64,000 nucleotides of DNA from a virus (Duplodnaviria; Heunggongvirae; Uroviricota; Caudoviricetes): the IMG/VR virus record IMGVR_UViG_3300032167_000057, positions 4,886-68,885 of that record; one strand, 5' to 3'. Shown in pieces: positions 49,053 through 58,968 of this stretch. The notes under the pieces are model-generated. The model saw only the letters and a program-made list of their open reading frames with translations, did not search any database and was not told the DNA's origin. Every line of letters begins with the position of its first letter. Positions within the stretch are counted from its first letter, which is position 1. The position numbers and the translations under genes are program-made.

Positions 49053-49316
49053 TTACTTAATTGAATTAAGACTATAATTATACTTATCTGGCAATATAAA
49101 AATCATATATTCGGGCAAATTGGTCGTACAACAATCTCGATAAGCTTCACTAATCATATTTAATACTTCTATTGCTGCTTTTTCCGACAAATATTCTTCC
49201 ATTATACCCACATCTTTATGATAAATATTATAGGAATCAGGCATAAATTGATTTCTTACAATTTCAAAATTTAAAGTTGAAACCATTTTCGTACCGCATG
49301 AATTTATGACAATCAT
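49053..49316 (-). CDS. hypothetical protein
   Basis: 87 aa ORF. Confidence 0.35.
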   Translation of the reverse strand: MIVINSCGTKMVSTLNFEIVRNQFMPDSYNIYHKDVGIMEEYLSEKAAIEVLNMISEAYRDCCTTNLPEYMIFILPDKYNYSLNSIK

Positions 49317-49837
49317 GTTCTTCCCCCTTTTTCAATTAATTCAATTTGTTTCTCTAATGCAGCAATAGCTAATTTTAAATCAGCAAATGCATCATGATTA
49401 ACACCGTCTCCCAGTTGTTTATTTGCAGTGTTAATTCTATATAGAATAGACTGTATTACTTCTTTTATTTCAGTAATTGTTGGTTGTTTTTCTACAAAAA
49501 ATTCTTCATCGAAAGTAACAACATACATTATTTGTCCCCAACCTCCATTTACCCAACATTTAATTACTGGTAAATTTTTAATTGATTCATACCAATTACT
49601 AGGACTTTGGTTCACAATACGCCATTCCCCCGTTTCCGTGTTTTTCCTTATTTCTATGCGATTACCTAACCACCCACCATATTTTTTATTTGAAGAACAA
49701 AATTCAATAAGAAACGAATTTTCGATTTTGCATATATAATTTAATAAATCATCAAATTTAACAGGAAAATCTCCAACTAAATCATAACTGGTAGTAGCAT
49801 CGCTATTATCTCTTAATTTGTGATACCTAAAATTCAT
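49313..49837 (-). CDS. hypothetical protein
   Basis: 174 aa ORF. Confidence 0.4.
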   Translation of the reverse strand: MNFRYHKLRDNSDATTSYDLVGDFPVKFDDLLNYICKIENSFLIEFCSSNKKYGGWLGNRIEIRKNTETGEWRIVNQSPSNWYESIKNLPVIKCWVNGGWGQIMYVVTFDEEFFVEKQPTITEIKEVIQSILYRINTANKQLGDGVNHDAFADLKLAIAALEKQIELIEKGGRT

Positions 49838-49857
49838 AATACCCGCCCAAATAAAAA

Positions 49858-49902
49858 AGCGTCTAAAGATTAAATCTTTAAACGCTTAATTTCCATGCTT
49901 AT
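49858..49902 (-). terminator. rho-independent terminator (minus strand)
   Basis: On the minus strand: hairpin AAGCGTTTAAAGAT-TTAATC-TTTAGACGCTT followed by TTTTTTATTT. It lies downstream of gene 49938-50333. Confidence 0.5.
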
Positions 49903-49937
49903 TATATCTTTAATAAATTACGAATATCATCATGCAT

Positions 49938-50333
49938 TTATCTTAACCATTCCCATTCACGTTCTTGTCTTAATTCTTTTAAGGCATAATCAATAATAAC
50001 TGCCTTCTCTTCTTCATTTAGAATATTTGTATCAATACTATCATCTGTAGGAGCGTCTTCATCCCATACAGACATATAAATCCCATCTAAGTTTTCTGTT
50101 CCTTTTTCAAAGTGTACAAAACACATAATATATTCTGTGCTGCTATTAATATTACGTTCTAACTTTTCAATTCCTTTATGATTGATTTCAAACTCAACCG
50201 AATCAATTTCTTTTACAATTCCATCTTTTGTGTTGGGTGTATTAGGTCTATCCCAATCTAAATAAACCAAGCTTGTATCTTGTCCTACTCCTAAAATACT
50301 TTCTCTTGTTATATTCATATCATCTACCTCCAT
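49938..50333 (-). CDS. hypothetical protein
   Basis: 131 aa ORF. Confidence 0.4.
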   Translation of the reverse strand: MEVDDMNITRESILGVGQDTSLVYLDWDRPNTPNTKDGIVKEIDSVEFEINHKGIEKLERNINSSTEYIMCFVHFEKGTENLDGIYMSVWDEDAPTDDSIDTNILNEEEKAVIIDYALKELRQEREWEWLR

Positions 50334-50444
50334 TTTCCTGTTAAAATTCCGATTTTATCCCATGAATCCTTCTCTTCCAATAAAAAAAGCATCTGAAGAT
50401 TTATTCTTCAAATGCTTTTTACTTATTTTATTCAATATAGCAAT

Positions 50445-50639
50445 CTATTTTTGCATTTCATGTTCGTATAATTGTATATATGCCCTAACCCCTTTTAATT
50501 TAACAATATAAAGTGTGGATTCATCGTCATCTGGGAATACCTTTCTAATTGTTTTTTCAACAATTTTTCCATTCATACTTTGAAGAAATTCACTTGTTGA
50601 GAACACTTTACATCCTGAAAAATTTTTTATGTTTGACAT
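50445..50639 (-). CDS. hypothetical protein
   Basis: 64 aa ORF with a hairpin plus T-tract terminator downstream at about 50385-50430. Confidence 0.3.
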   Translation of the reverse strand: MSNIKNFSGCKVFSTSEFLQSMNGKIVEKTIRKVFPDDDESTLYIVKLKGVRAYIQLYEHEMQK

Positions 50640-50875
50640 TTAACACCTCTTATATCATTATTTTTCTATTATTATACTATAAATCCCAATAATCACCAAG
50701 TTCCATACTACTTCTACTTTCTACTTATAATTTTCTCTCAATCTAAGTTTCCATTCATGAAAATTAAATTTTACATCAATATCATGTTTTCTTCCAATCA
50801 ACATAATTAATTCAAACATCTTATCTTCTGTCTACTTAGATTATTGCCAATAAATCCATTAATAAAGTGATGAAT

Positions 50876-51304
50876 TTATTGACATGTTTCAGTATCTCTG
50901 TAATAAGTATTAAAGTGCTCTTTAAATTCTTTTGCCTTTTCTAAATAATAATTCTCTACAGAACCAAAGTATCTGATTCTCCATAACTCCTGATATTTAT
51001 CCCACATATGTCTTAACTCATGCTCCCTATCTACAAGGCTCTTACTGTCGTCTGTAAGTAAACGATATGCGTTTATCATATCTCCATAACATCCACCACC
51101 AATTTTATTCTTAAAATAAGCCCACATAACCATTGCACTATTGTTTCCATTTGAGCATAATCCTAAAACACCCTTCCCATAAGTATCGAGCAACACATCA
51201 AGTTCATTGCATGTTACCCTTCTATACTCGCAAGGTGTCCACATTCCGTTCTCATCTACTCTAACTATATAATATTCTTTCTTTGCCATAATTAAATCCT
51301 CCAA
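50876..51304 (-). CDS. hypothetical protein
   Basis: 142 aa ORF. Confidence 0.4.
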   Translation of the reverse strand: MEDLIMAKKEYYIVRVDENGMWTPCEYRRVTCNELDVLLDTYGKGVLGLCSNGNNSAMVMWAYFKNKIGGGCYGDMINAYRLLTDDSKSLVDREHELRHMWDKYQELWRIRYFGSVENYYLEKAKEFKEHFNTYYRDTETCQ

Positions 51305-51551
51305 TCTTTGTAATAAAAAAGGTATCTGGATTATTATTCTCCAAATACCTTTTCGTTTTATTCACTATACAATTCTTCCCAATAAGTACAATTCTCACCG
51401 CCATGTTCTGTATAGTAATCATCAATTTCTTCTTCAGTCATATTGTCCATTTGTTTACAATCCATAGTGCCAGTTACATTGTAGTCATTGATACAATGCT
51501 TACAATTCCAACAACTCTTTTGCATTTCCATTCCTCCTTAGAAATCTAATT

Positions 51552-51749
51552 CTATTGACTACTATCCTTTATAAATTCTATTGCTTCTGTTCTGTTTCTT
51601 ACGGGAACAGTCTCATATTCACTATGAAACTTCCATCCATTCTTGAAATATAATATATACTTGCAGTCGTCCGTCAATCCTGATTCTACTTCCAATTTAT
51701 CAACTCTTTCATGATATTTTTTAGGTAATCTTTTTAATAATTTTTCCAT
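51552..51749 (-). CDS. hypothetical protein
   Basis: 65 aa ORF. Confidence 0.3.
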   Translation of the reverse strand: MEKLLKRLPKKYHERVDKLEVESGLTDDCKYILYFKNGWKFHSEYETVPVRNRTEAIEFIKDSSQ

Positions 51750-51768
51750 TACATATCCTTCTTAGAAC

Positions 51769-52179
51769 TTAGATTTCATTAAGAAAATCATTCAACTGTT
51801 TTTTAAATTTATCTGTATTTTTCTTTGTCTTATCTAATACTGACTGTGCTTCTGACACTTTTTTCTCTGCAATCATTTCCTCTTTTTCAAGTACTGTTAA
51901 TCTTTCATTATCTAAATCATTAAACAGCTCTCTTACAGTTTTATTTCCCTTATAACCATATCCCATCCAAACGGCAGGTACTTTATCAAAATGAGGAAGC
52001 CAATATTTTCTTGCTTCAATAGTTTTTGTTCCCCAATTTGCTCCACAATTTCTACACATTAATTTATAGGTTATTTCCTTTGTGTTTCCATTTACTTCTA
52101 TATCATCTCTAAACCATTCTGGTTTATCACAACTGCATTTTTTAGTTAATGCTGCTTTTCTGGCTATTCCTCTTCCCAT
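51769..52179 (-). CDS. zinc-ribbon protein with C-terminal coiled coil
   Basis: CSCD...CRNCGANWG. Confidence 0.4.
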   Translation of the reverse strand: MGRGIARKAALTKKCSCDKPEWFRDDIEVNGNTKEITYKLMCRNCGANWGTKTIEARKYWLPHFDKVPAVWMGYGYKGNKTVRELFNDLDNERLTVLEKEEMIAEKKVSEAQSVLDKTKKNTDKFKKQLNDFLNEI

Positions 52180-52273
52180 ATAGCCACGCCCCTTTCTCGA
52201 TAAAACCTATAATCTATCGTTTCATTCTACTTCTTTTACATTAACCCTCCATTCTACTATTAAAAATATTATT

Positions 52274-52456
52274 TTAACCGTATAAAATATTTTCTAAATC
52301 ATCAATTACAATTTCCAACTGTCTCTTAACTTCTTCTCTCGCTTCATCCGACATATCTATCTTATAAAGTTCTGTTAAATACAATCTATAATGTGCAATC
52401 TTTTCTTCAATCTGGTCGCAACACCATGAAGCATTATTTCGTTTTCTATCTGCCAC
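52274..52456 (-). CDS. hypothetical protein
   Basis: 60 aa ORF. Confidence 0.3.
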   Translation of the reverse strand: MADRKRNNASWCCDQIEEKIAHYRLYLTELYKIDMSDEAREEVKRQLEIVIDDLENILYG

Positions 52457-52487
52457 AATACAACTCCTTCCAATAGCCTTAAAACAA

Positions 52488-52715
52488 TCAATCTATCTCA
52501 TGCTCTATTGTATAACCCTTGCTTTTATAATGCTCAATCATATGTTCAATAGGATTAAATCCAATACTCTTAGAACCAATACCTTTTTTATTGATTATCT
52601 CAATGTCTGTATATCCATCTTCTCTTTTCACAAGTCTCCTTGTTTCTTTTGTTTTTTCATTGTATAATATTACTTCTTTCATATTCAAAACTTCCTTTTT
52701 ATCCGTGATAACCAT
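52488..52715 (-). CDS. hypothetical protein
   Basis: 75 aa ORF. Confidence 0.3.
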   Translation of the reverse strand: MVITDKKEVLNMKEVILYNEKTKETRRLVKREDGYTDIEIINKKGIGSKSIGFNPIEHMIEHYKSKGYTIEHEID

Positions 52716-52887
52716 ATTAACTTCTTTTAATGGTTACAGGTAAGCAAATTCTTAACAAGTATTATAACATAAGAATTATTTCATGACTATTAAAAGTACA
52801 ATTTTATTTGCTATCAGAGCCTCTAAAACCGCAATATATTCCTTTCTAATCAAATTAACGCTTAAATATTCATCCCGCAAAAGTTGA

Positions 52888-53160
52888 TTATTGATTCCAA
52901 ATTAAAGTATATATAACACCTTCTCCCGTACTTGTAATATTTAAATCTATTGCATTTATACCTTTTTCGTTCAATTTGTGTATTTCATTATTTACCTCGC
53001 GTGTTATATCATAATCATGGTGCAAACCTGTTATTAATTCAAATGCTTTAATCTGTTTCATATATTTTCCTTTCTGATAACTGATTTCTCCTACGGTTCT
53101 ATTGACTAACAACATAATAGTCACAACTTCTTTTACTATATTCTCCTGAATAAGAACCAT
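52888..53160 (-). CDS. hypothetical protein
   Basis: 90 aa ORF. Confidence 0.3.
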   Translation of the reverse strand: MVLIQENIVKEVVTIMLLVNRTVGEISYQKGKYMKQIKAFELITGLHHDYDITREVNNEIHKLNEKGINAIDLNITSTGEGVIYTLIWNQ

Positions 53161-53269
53161 CGAAATATTGCATTTTGAACGTATACCTTGACTCTACAAT
53201 ATTCCGAACATTTCTTTTAATTGTTTTTACTTCCGCATTTCTGTCGTAAATTTCTACTTCCATATCTCA

Positions 53270-53527
53270 TTACCTCTCATATTCTGCTGATTTATTTATA
53301 TCTATCTCTGCATAAACCCAAGTTATTGCTATCAACACCAACAAAAACAATAACCATAGAGAAGCGATGACCCAACGGCCACCGAATACAATGCTATATA
53401 TAAATTTCATAAAAGCCACACAAATAAGTGTTATATCAAGCATAATTGCCATCTTTTCAACAAAACTTTTTATACAATATTTTACTTTAGGATTTAATGA
53501 ATCCCAAAAATTCTTTATATCTGTCAT
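53270..53527 (-). CDS. small membrane protein
   Basis: 85 aa with two TM helices. Confidence 0.35.
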   Translation of the reverse strand: MTDIKNFWDSLNPKVKYCIKSFVEKMAIMLDITLICVAFMKFIYSIVFGGRWVIASLWLLFLLVLIAITWVYAEIDINKSAEYER

Positions 53528-53552
53528 TTTTATTTCCTTTCTAAAATACGGT

Positions 53553-53804
53553 TTAGTTATCTAATGATTCATAGGCATCTTTTAAACCTTTTATAAAATC
53601 TTCTGCAATTTTTTGACAAGTTTGAATAGAAGCCATATAACTTTTTTCTTCTGCAATCTTGCAAATCTCATCTACATAATGACCGACAATTTCAATCATT
53701 ATTTCAAGATTATTTTTCGCTTTATTATCATAATTCGTTTCTCCAATTGGTGTAATTCCACCAACCAATTTATCAATTACTTCAATAATCTGTTCTGGTT
53801 TCAT
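53553..53804 (-). CDS. hypothetical protein
   Basis: 83 aa ORF. Confidence 0.35.
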   Translation of the reverse strand: MKPEQIIEVIDKLVGGITPIGETNYDNKAKNNLEIMIEIVGHYVDEICKIAEEKSYMASIQTCQKIAEDFIKGLKDAYESLDN

Positions 53805-54002
53805 ATCTATCTCCTTCTACGGTTTAGCTTACTTTAATAAACCACAACCTTTTTTCAAATCTCTTATTTTCCTTTTCATGTTGTCTATCAAACTTTCCAT
53901 ATATTCAATTTGTCTTTCCATATCCCTAATTTCTTGCTCAACATAATTTCTTGATAAATGTTTGAATGGATTTTTCATATCATTTCCTTTCTAAAAATCA
54001 GT

Positions 54003-54302
54003 TTATCGGCTTAACCAAATCTTTACACCTTGAAATTCATAACAGCAATCATCGGATTCATTATTCATATCATCTAAAATGTTTGCTATAAAATCATTCA
54101 AGCCAGATTCTTCATAATCATAATCAAATAATTCTGCCGCCTCTGGTGTAATGAATCCCATTGCCACACATTCATGTTCTTTGGCTTCTACTTCAATCGG
54201 ATATGCTTCTCCATTGTTTAATATATCAAACAAATCAATAACATCATTTCTTGTCAATCCATCTTCGCCATGTTTTTCTCTTAATGTGATTCCGTATTCC
54301 AT
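54003..54302 (-). CDS. acidic small protein (member of a 3-gene set sharing a conserved 3' junction)
   Basis: 99 aa. Its 3' end is followed by CAGTTTATCGGCTTAACC, a degenerate copy of the junction repeat. Confidence 0.4.
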   Translation of the reverse strand: MEYGITLREKHGEDGLTRNDVIDLFDILNNGEAYPIEVEAKEHECVAMGFITPEAAELFDYDYEESGLNDFIANILDDMNNESDDCCYEFQGVKIWLSR

Positions 54303-54496
54303 ATTTATTTTCCTTTCTTCACTATAGTTTAGTGATTTTTTCTTTCATCAGAAAAATAGAAATTACCACCTGTTTCTGGATGCGACCATAAACCGTTTCC
54401 TAAATAATATCTGCCTTCTTTTTCGTTATCACTTTCTTCGCATTCATATGTTGTTAATTCTTTTTCTCCCATTTCGTTATTCTCCTAAAATTCAGT

Positions 54497-54865
54497 TTAT
54501 CGCTTTAACTGTTCTGCCACTTTCATGATATGTAATGCGGATAAATAATTGCAGCGTCCACCCAACTCCAATGCTCCCGCATAGTTTTTTGGTGCATTTT
54601 CCAGCAATTTTTCTGCGAAATTATCAATAGCTTTTTTATAACCGTCATTCCATCCGTTATAATAAAGACTTAATTCCACTTCATCACAACCTTTAACTTT
54701 TGCTTCGTCAACATCCTTTGCTATATCAAGCAATTCTTTGAGTTTTAGTTTTGTTGCTTTACGAAACGGAACGCATTTTGCTGATAAAGCATTACAAACC
54801 GCATCCGTAAAACGCATTTTATTTGCTATTACCTTTGCTTCTTCCAAATTCATTCCTGCACTCAT
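54497..54865 (-). CDS. hypothetical protein, paralog 1 (C-terminus ...AEQLKR)
   Basis: Shares KKAIDNFAEKLLENAP and the AEQLKR C-terminus with 54888-55214. The 26-mer TCAGTTTATCGCTTTAACTGTTCTGC spans its stop. Confidence 0.45.
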   Translation of the reverse strand: MSAGMNLEEAKVIANKMRFTDAVCNALSAKCVPFRKATKLKLKELLDIAKDVDEAKVKGCDEVELSLYYNGWNDGYKKAIDNFAEKLLENAPKNYAGALELGGRCNYLSALHIMKVAEQLKR

Positions 54866-54887
54866 AATTACTCCTTTAACAGTCAGT

Positions 54888-55214
54888 TTATCGCTTTAAC
54901 TGTTCTGCTATTTCGTCAATATCTCTGACCTTCCATATTGTACATTTCTTGTAATCTGCCATTATGTCAGGATTTTTTAGTATTTCTGCTGCTTTTTCTT
55001 TCAACCGTTCTGCAAATTCCTCAATAGCCTTGTTGCGGATTTCCGTATCATATTCAGATGTGTCTACTTCTTTATAGTACGGGCAATCTGTTCTTTCTCC
55101 ATTGCAAGGTACGTTAATAGTTCCTTCTGAACAAAAACACGAACATTCGAAACATTCATCTTGAAACTCTTCGTCTGTTATGATTTTTCCGTCGTTATCT
55201 CTACACCAACTCAT
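54888..55214 (-). CDS. hypothetical Cys-rich protein, paralog 2 (C-terminus ...AEQLKR)
   Basis: The N-terminus has CFECSCFCSEG...C...C. The C-terminal half is homologous to 54497-54865, and the identical 26-mer spans its stop. Confidence 0.45.
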   Translation of the reverse strand: MSWCRDNDGKIITDEEFQDECFECSCFCSEGTINVPCNGERTDCPYYKEVDTSEYDTEIRNKAIEEFAERLKEKAAEILKNPDIMADYKKCTIWKVRDIDEIAEQLKR

Positions 55215-55244
55215 ATCTGTTCCTTTTTATTCACTCCAATCAAG

Positions 55245-55601
55245 TTAGTCAAATTGTGGGCTTTTTATCCCATTCTCTAAACGATACCCTAAACAATATT
55301 TCTGTTTCTCTTTCCAAGCCTTAAATTCGTCAATAGTGCCGATTGCTTCATACTCTTGCACTTTTGCTTTATATTCCATACTTACACGAAAATTTTCTTT
55401 AGATATTTCAATTACTCGCTTATAACCTTCCACCGTTCCGATTGCTCGGTACTGTTGGATTTCTTCAAGGGCTTGGATTGCCATTTTTATAGCATCTATA
55501 TGTTTTCTATATGTATCTTCACTGCTTAAAAATTTAAGGTTTTCAATTAGACTAATTGCTTCATTCTCCGTCATGCTCATTTCTCTACCACCCCATATCA
55601 T
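55245..55601 (-). CDS. hypothetical protein
   Basis: 118 aa, with internally repeated helix segments (QQYRAIGTVEGYKR / QEYEAIGTIDEFKA). Confidence 0.4.
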   Translation of the reverse strand: MIWGGREMSMTENEAISLIENLKFLSSEDTYRKHIDAIKMAIQALEEIQQYRAIGTVEGYKRVIEISKENFRVSMEYKAKVQEYEAIGTIDEFKAWKEKQKYCLGYRLENGIKSPQFD

Positions 55602-55788
55602 TTCTGTTGCCGATATTATTAGGATTTATCATGTAAGACATTTTGTGTTTCAATTCTGCATTTTCTTTCTTTAATGCTCGATTTTCCCTAATTATATTCA
55701 GTAGTTTACAAGTATCTTTATTTTCGCATCTTGTACCCTTTGAATACTCGGTACACATATTACATAATTCACGTTCCGTCATGCTCAT
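55585..55788 (-). CDS. hypothetical protein
   Basis: 67 aa ORF. Confidence 0.3.
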   Translation of the reverse strand: MSMTERELCNMCTEYSKGTRCENKDTCKLLNIIRENRALKKENAELKHKMSYMINPNNIGNRNDMGW

Positions 55789-56069
55789 TCTCCTTTGCTA
55801 ACTCTTAAATGTACTGGATATTCATTCCTAAAAATAAATTCAATCCATTCTCCCCTATGCGGATAACCACTATATGTACTAATTCTGTCAAACCCAAAAT
55901 GTGCATTTCCAATCATTAAAGTACAGTAATTGCAGTACCACTCAATCTGTATTGTCTGTCCATCTATTTCAAATTGAAATATTCTACTAAATCCGTATTG
56001 GTCTGGGTTTATCCATTCGCCTTTTATTCCTACTATTTCCAATTTCTCAACTAATTCTTCTTTTGTCAT
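55785..56069 (-). CDS. hypothetical protein
   Basis: 94 aa ORF. Confidence 0.35.
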   Translation of the reverse strand: MTKEELVEKLEIVGIKGEWINPDQYGFSRIFQFEIDGQTIQIEWYCNYCTLMIGNAHFGFDRISTYSGYPHRGEWIEFIFRNEYPVHLRVSKGE

Positions 56070-56526
56070 TCTTTCACTCTCCTATCTGCTAAAAGTCTAC
56101 AATATTCTCTATATTCTTCTTCTGTTATTTCTATTCCATTATCAAGGGCAAATTCTACTCCATCAATTAATCCCTGTTGTTCTGCCGTATAACTCACATA
56201 TATCCCTTTCATAATAAAAGATTGCTTTTAATCAAACATATGCCTTAAACTTGTTAATTCATCGGCTAGCAAACTACAAATTTGTATTGCATCCATACCT
56301 CTATTTGCACCTTCTAACGCATTATAAATCATATGGTCTAAATCTTGTCTGATTCTTTCCACTTCGTCAAAATCAAGAATCGTAACACCTTTCATCATAA
56401 TTTTAATTCCTCCTCACCAGCTCTGCTTTCCTAATACTCCATACAACCAATTACATTTTGAAGTTCTTCCTCAAAAGTTAATTCATCTTCATTCTGCATA
56501 ATCTGCTTCCATAACAAATACATATT

Positions 56527-56706
56527 TTATTTACCAATTTCATATGGCTTCAAAATTAGTATAATCTTGTCGTCTTCTTTTTTATAAAAGAATTCCACCG
56601 GTTCTCCTGCTGTATCACGTCTTCCAAATATTTTTTCTCTCAATTCCTTCGGAATAACCACTCTGCCCAAATCATCTATTCTTCGAACAATTCCTGTTGC
56701 TACCAT
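56527..56706 (-). CDS. AbrB/MazE/SpoVT-family DNA-binding protein (59 aa; not in the supplied ORF track)
   Basis: MVATGIVRRIDDLGRVVIPKELREKIFGRRDTAGEPVEFFYKKEDDKIILILKPYEIGK carries the canonical swapped-hairpin motif G-x-V-R-x-x-D-x-L-G-R-x-V-I-P-K-E-x-R. Confidence 0.55.
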   Translation of the reverse strand: MVATGIVRRIDDLGRVVIPKELREKIFGRRDTAGEPVEFFYKKEDDKIILILKPYEIGK

Positions 56707-56726
56707 AAGACTATCTCCTTTTCCAT

Positions 56727-56909
56727 TTAGCTACTTTTATATCTCTTTGACATACCACATTTTGTACAACGATATGTCTTACAATTATATCTTGATGAAT
56801 CCGTTTCGACACACACATCAAAAATTAATTCCCATGCATGTTCACAATAACAAGAACGAATATAATTTATTAACCATCTCATGTATTTACCTCCAGTAAT
56901 TAAACACAA
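56727..56909 (-). CDS. small Cys-rich protein
   Basis: CYCEHAW...CTKCGMS. Confidence 0.3.
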   Translation of the reverse strand: MCLITGGKYMRWLINYIRSCYCEHAWELIFDVCVETDSSRYNCKTYRCTKCGMSKRYKSS

Positions 56910-56912
56910 ATC

Positions 56913-57125
56913 TTATTTCCTAAAATAACTAGCAAGTACTACCCATTTATCAAAAAACTTTTCTTCAATGGTTGTATAATCATTCTGTTTATAAACTTTA
57001 GAGTAGTACAACTTTGCCATAAACTTTGTCAGAAAATATTTTTCTTTATCAGACATCATATAAGAGCCTGCAAGTCTATAAATTTCTGTTACTCTATACA
57101 TATGAAATTCCTCCATAACCCACAC
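56913..57125 (-). CDS. hypothetical protein
   Basis: 70 aa ORF. Confidence 0.3.
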   Translation of the reverse strand: MWVMEEFHMYRVTEIYRLAGSYMMSDKEKYFLTKFMAKLYYSKVYKQNDYTTIEEKFFDKWVVLASYFRK

Positions 57126-57130
57126 AAATC

Positions 57131-57400
57131 TTATATAGCATGACGTTCTTCATAATCTATATTTTTTGCCAGTGAAGATAAATTAATTTGAACAAATTTA
57201 TCATCTAAAAGTACTCCAACTAAACCATCGAGAATATTCCCTTCTTCAGAAATTTGAAAACCATAAAATTTAATTACCTCAAATCTTCTGCCATCCTTAA
57301 CCAGACCGACTGAACCTTCTTTTATTATTGTTGTTTCCATAATTATATCCTCCAGACCAAATACAAATTTTATTCCCATTTTACTTTCTTCTCTAAACAA
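57131..57400 (-). CDS. hypothetical protein
   Basis: 89 aa ORF. Confidence 0.3.
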   Translation of the reverse strand: MFREESKMGIKFVFGLEDIIMETTIIKEGSVGLVKDGRRFEVIKFYGFQISEEGNILDGLVGVLLDDKFVQINLSSLAKNIDYEERHAI

Positions 57401-57636
57401 CCTTCATAAACAGCAGGATGTCCAACTTCTTCAATATTTGGTTTATCTGCATGTTGGATTCCACCAAATTCTTTTTCACAAATAGGGCATTCAAATACTG
57501 CATAATGAATATCAGATGAATAACGTAATTCATCTTCTGTTATTTCCCAACCACGAAACCATTTCTTACAGTTAGGACATTGCACTGCAACGTGTCTAAT
57601 AGGTGTTCTTTCATACTCTACTCTTACATTAAACAT
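57370..57636 (-). CDS. zinc-ribbon protein
   Basis: CPNCKKWF...CPICEKEF. Confidence 0.35.
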   Translation of the reverse strand: MFNVRVEYERTPIRHVAVQCPNCKKWFRGWEITEDELRYSSDIHYAVFECPICEKEFGGIQHADKPNIEEVGHPAVYEGCLEKKVKWE

Positions 57637-57667
57637 TTTATTCTCCTTTATAAATCAAACACGAATT

Positions 57668-58090
57668 TTATTCCCATTCATCTTTAAGTTCCTGTGGTAT
57701 CTCTTCTTCATACTCACCATCTCCCAAACACAACTCTCCGTTGTCTGGCAGTCTATCTCCGTATTTATTAGCAAAGTCTTCAAAGGCTGCATAAATATAG
57801 TCGTGTTCCTCTCTATCAAGTTCCATTATTGTTTCATAATCATCCCAATAGTAAACAACCTTTAAATCGTTTGTCTTATCATTAACCATATATCCTTCGA
57901 TTTCAAAGTATTGTTCATCTCTATCTGATAGATAATCACAACCATCGTCTATTTCCTCTGCCTGCTCGTACACCTCTTCTGGTAATTCATTTGCCTTTAC
58001 CCACATTCTGTAATACACTTCGTTGCCCTCAATTACCTTCATACTAATTCCATTAATCTTCATAACTTTTAATCTCCTTTCATTCATCAA
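57668..58090 (-). CDS. highly acidic protein (DNA-mimic candidate)
   Basis: 140 aa with more than 30% Asp/Glu (EEIPQELKDEWE, DDGCDYLSDRDEQYFEIEGY). Confidence 0.4.
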   Translation of the reverse strand: MMNERRLKVMKINGISMKVIEGNEVYYRMWVKANELPEEVYEQAEEIDDGCDYLSDRDEQYFEIEGYMVNDKTNDLKVVYYWDDYETIMELDREEHDYIYAAFEDFANKYGDRLPDNGELCLGDGEYEEEIPQELKDEWE

Positions 58091-58392
58091 ACATGGATTT
58101 TATCAACTCGCTAACAATCAGTCTTTTCTATGGTTTAAAGTGATAATGCAAATCCACAAATTAAAAAACAAATTGCAAATATACATCCTATAATATATAC
58201 TCGCTCTCTTTCTTTATTGGTTAAGTTATTTCTCCAATCTTCTAATTTGCATAAACAGTTATCAATTTTCGTTTTCATAATTACCTCCATCAAATGCGGG
58301 TTTTATCTATCTGCATGTTTCAATTCTCGCTTTATAGCAAGTCCTACTTCTTCTGCCGAAAAGACACTACAATACACTATACTTATACCTTT

Positions 58393-58758
58393 TTATTTAA
58401 ATTTACGTGGAAGAGTATTTATGCTCGTTTTCACGTCATATGAAGTGATTAATAGTAGTAATTTACTACTTATAATTTCATCCTTAAACTGATGAACTAA
58501 AGCCTCTCCTTTACTATAACGACAGCAAATTTGACAATATTCTTTTTGCAAATATAGAGTAATTGGCTCTTCTTTTTCTAAATAATGCTTTATCACAGTA
58601 TAAGTGCGTGAAGCAAATAAGTTATTTCCATCGCCCCACATTACATTAGTCTGAGCAAGATAATCAAACAATTCATCTAACTCAGTCGCTGAATAAACAG
58701 GTATTACTGCTCCTTTTGTTGTAAAAAATTGTTGTAATAAATTTTTATCTACCGTCAT
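58393..58758 (-). CDS. hypothetical protein
   Basis: 121 aa ORF. Confidence 0.35.
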   Translation of the reverse strand: MTVDKNLLQQFFTTKGAVIPVYSATELDELFDYLAQTNVMWGDGNNLFASRTYTVIKHYLEKEEPITLYLQKEYCQICCRYSKGEALVHQFKDEIISSKLLLLITSYDVKTSINTLPRKFK

Positions 58759-58968
58759 AGTTTCACCTTAATAGATTACTGTAATTTCTTTATCTGTTTC
58801 TCCCAATGTATCCGCCCACCATAAATCTGTCGCTTCAATCTGTTGGGGATTAGTATAATGTTTGGTTAATAAGTAACTTGCGTTTTGTGTTGTATAAATA
58901 CAATGTCGTCCCATAAGTCTTAATTAAAAAGAGGAGGCACTATACCTCCTCTTTTCCTCTCCTTCCTA

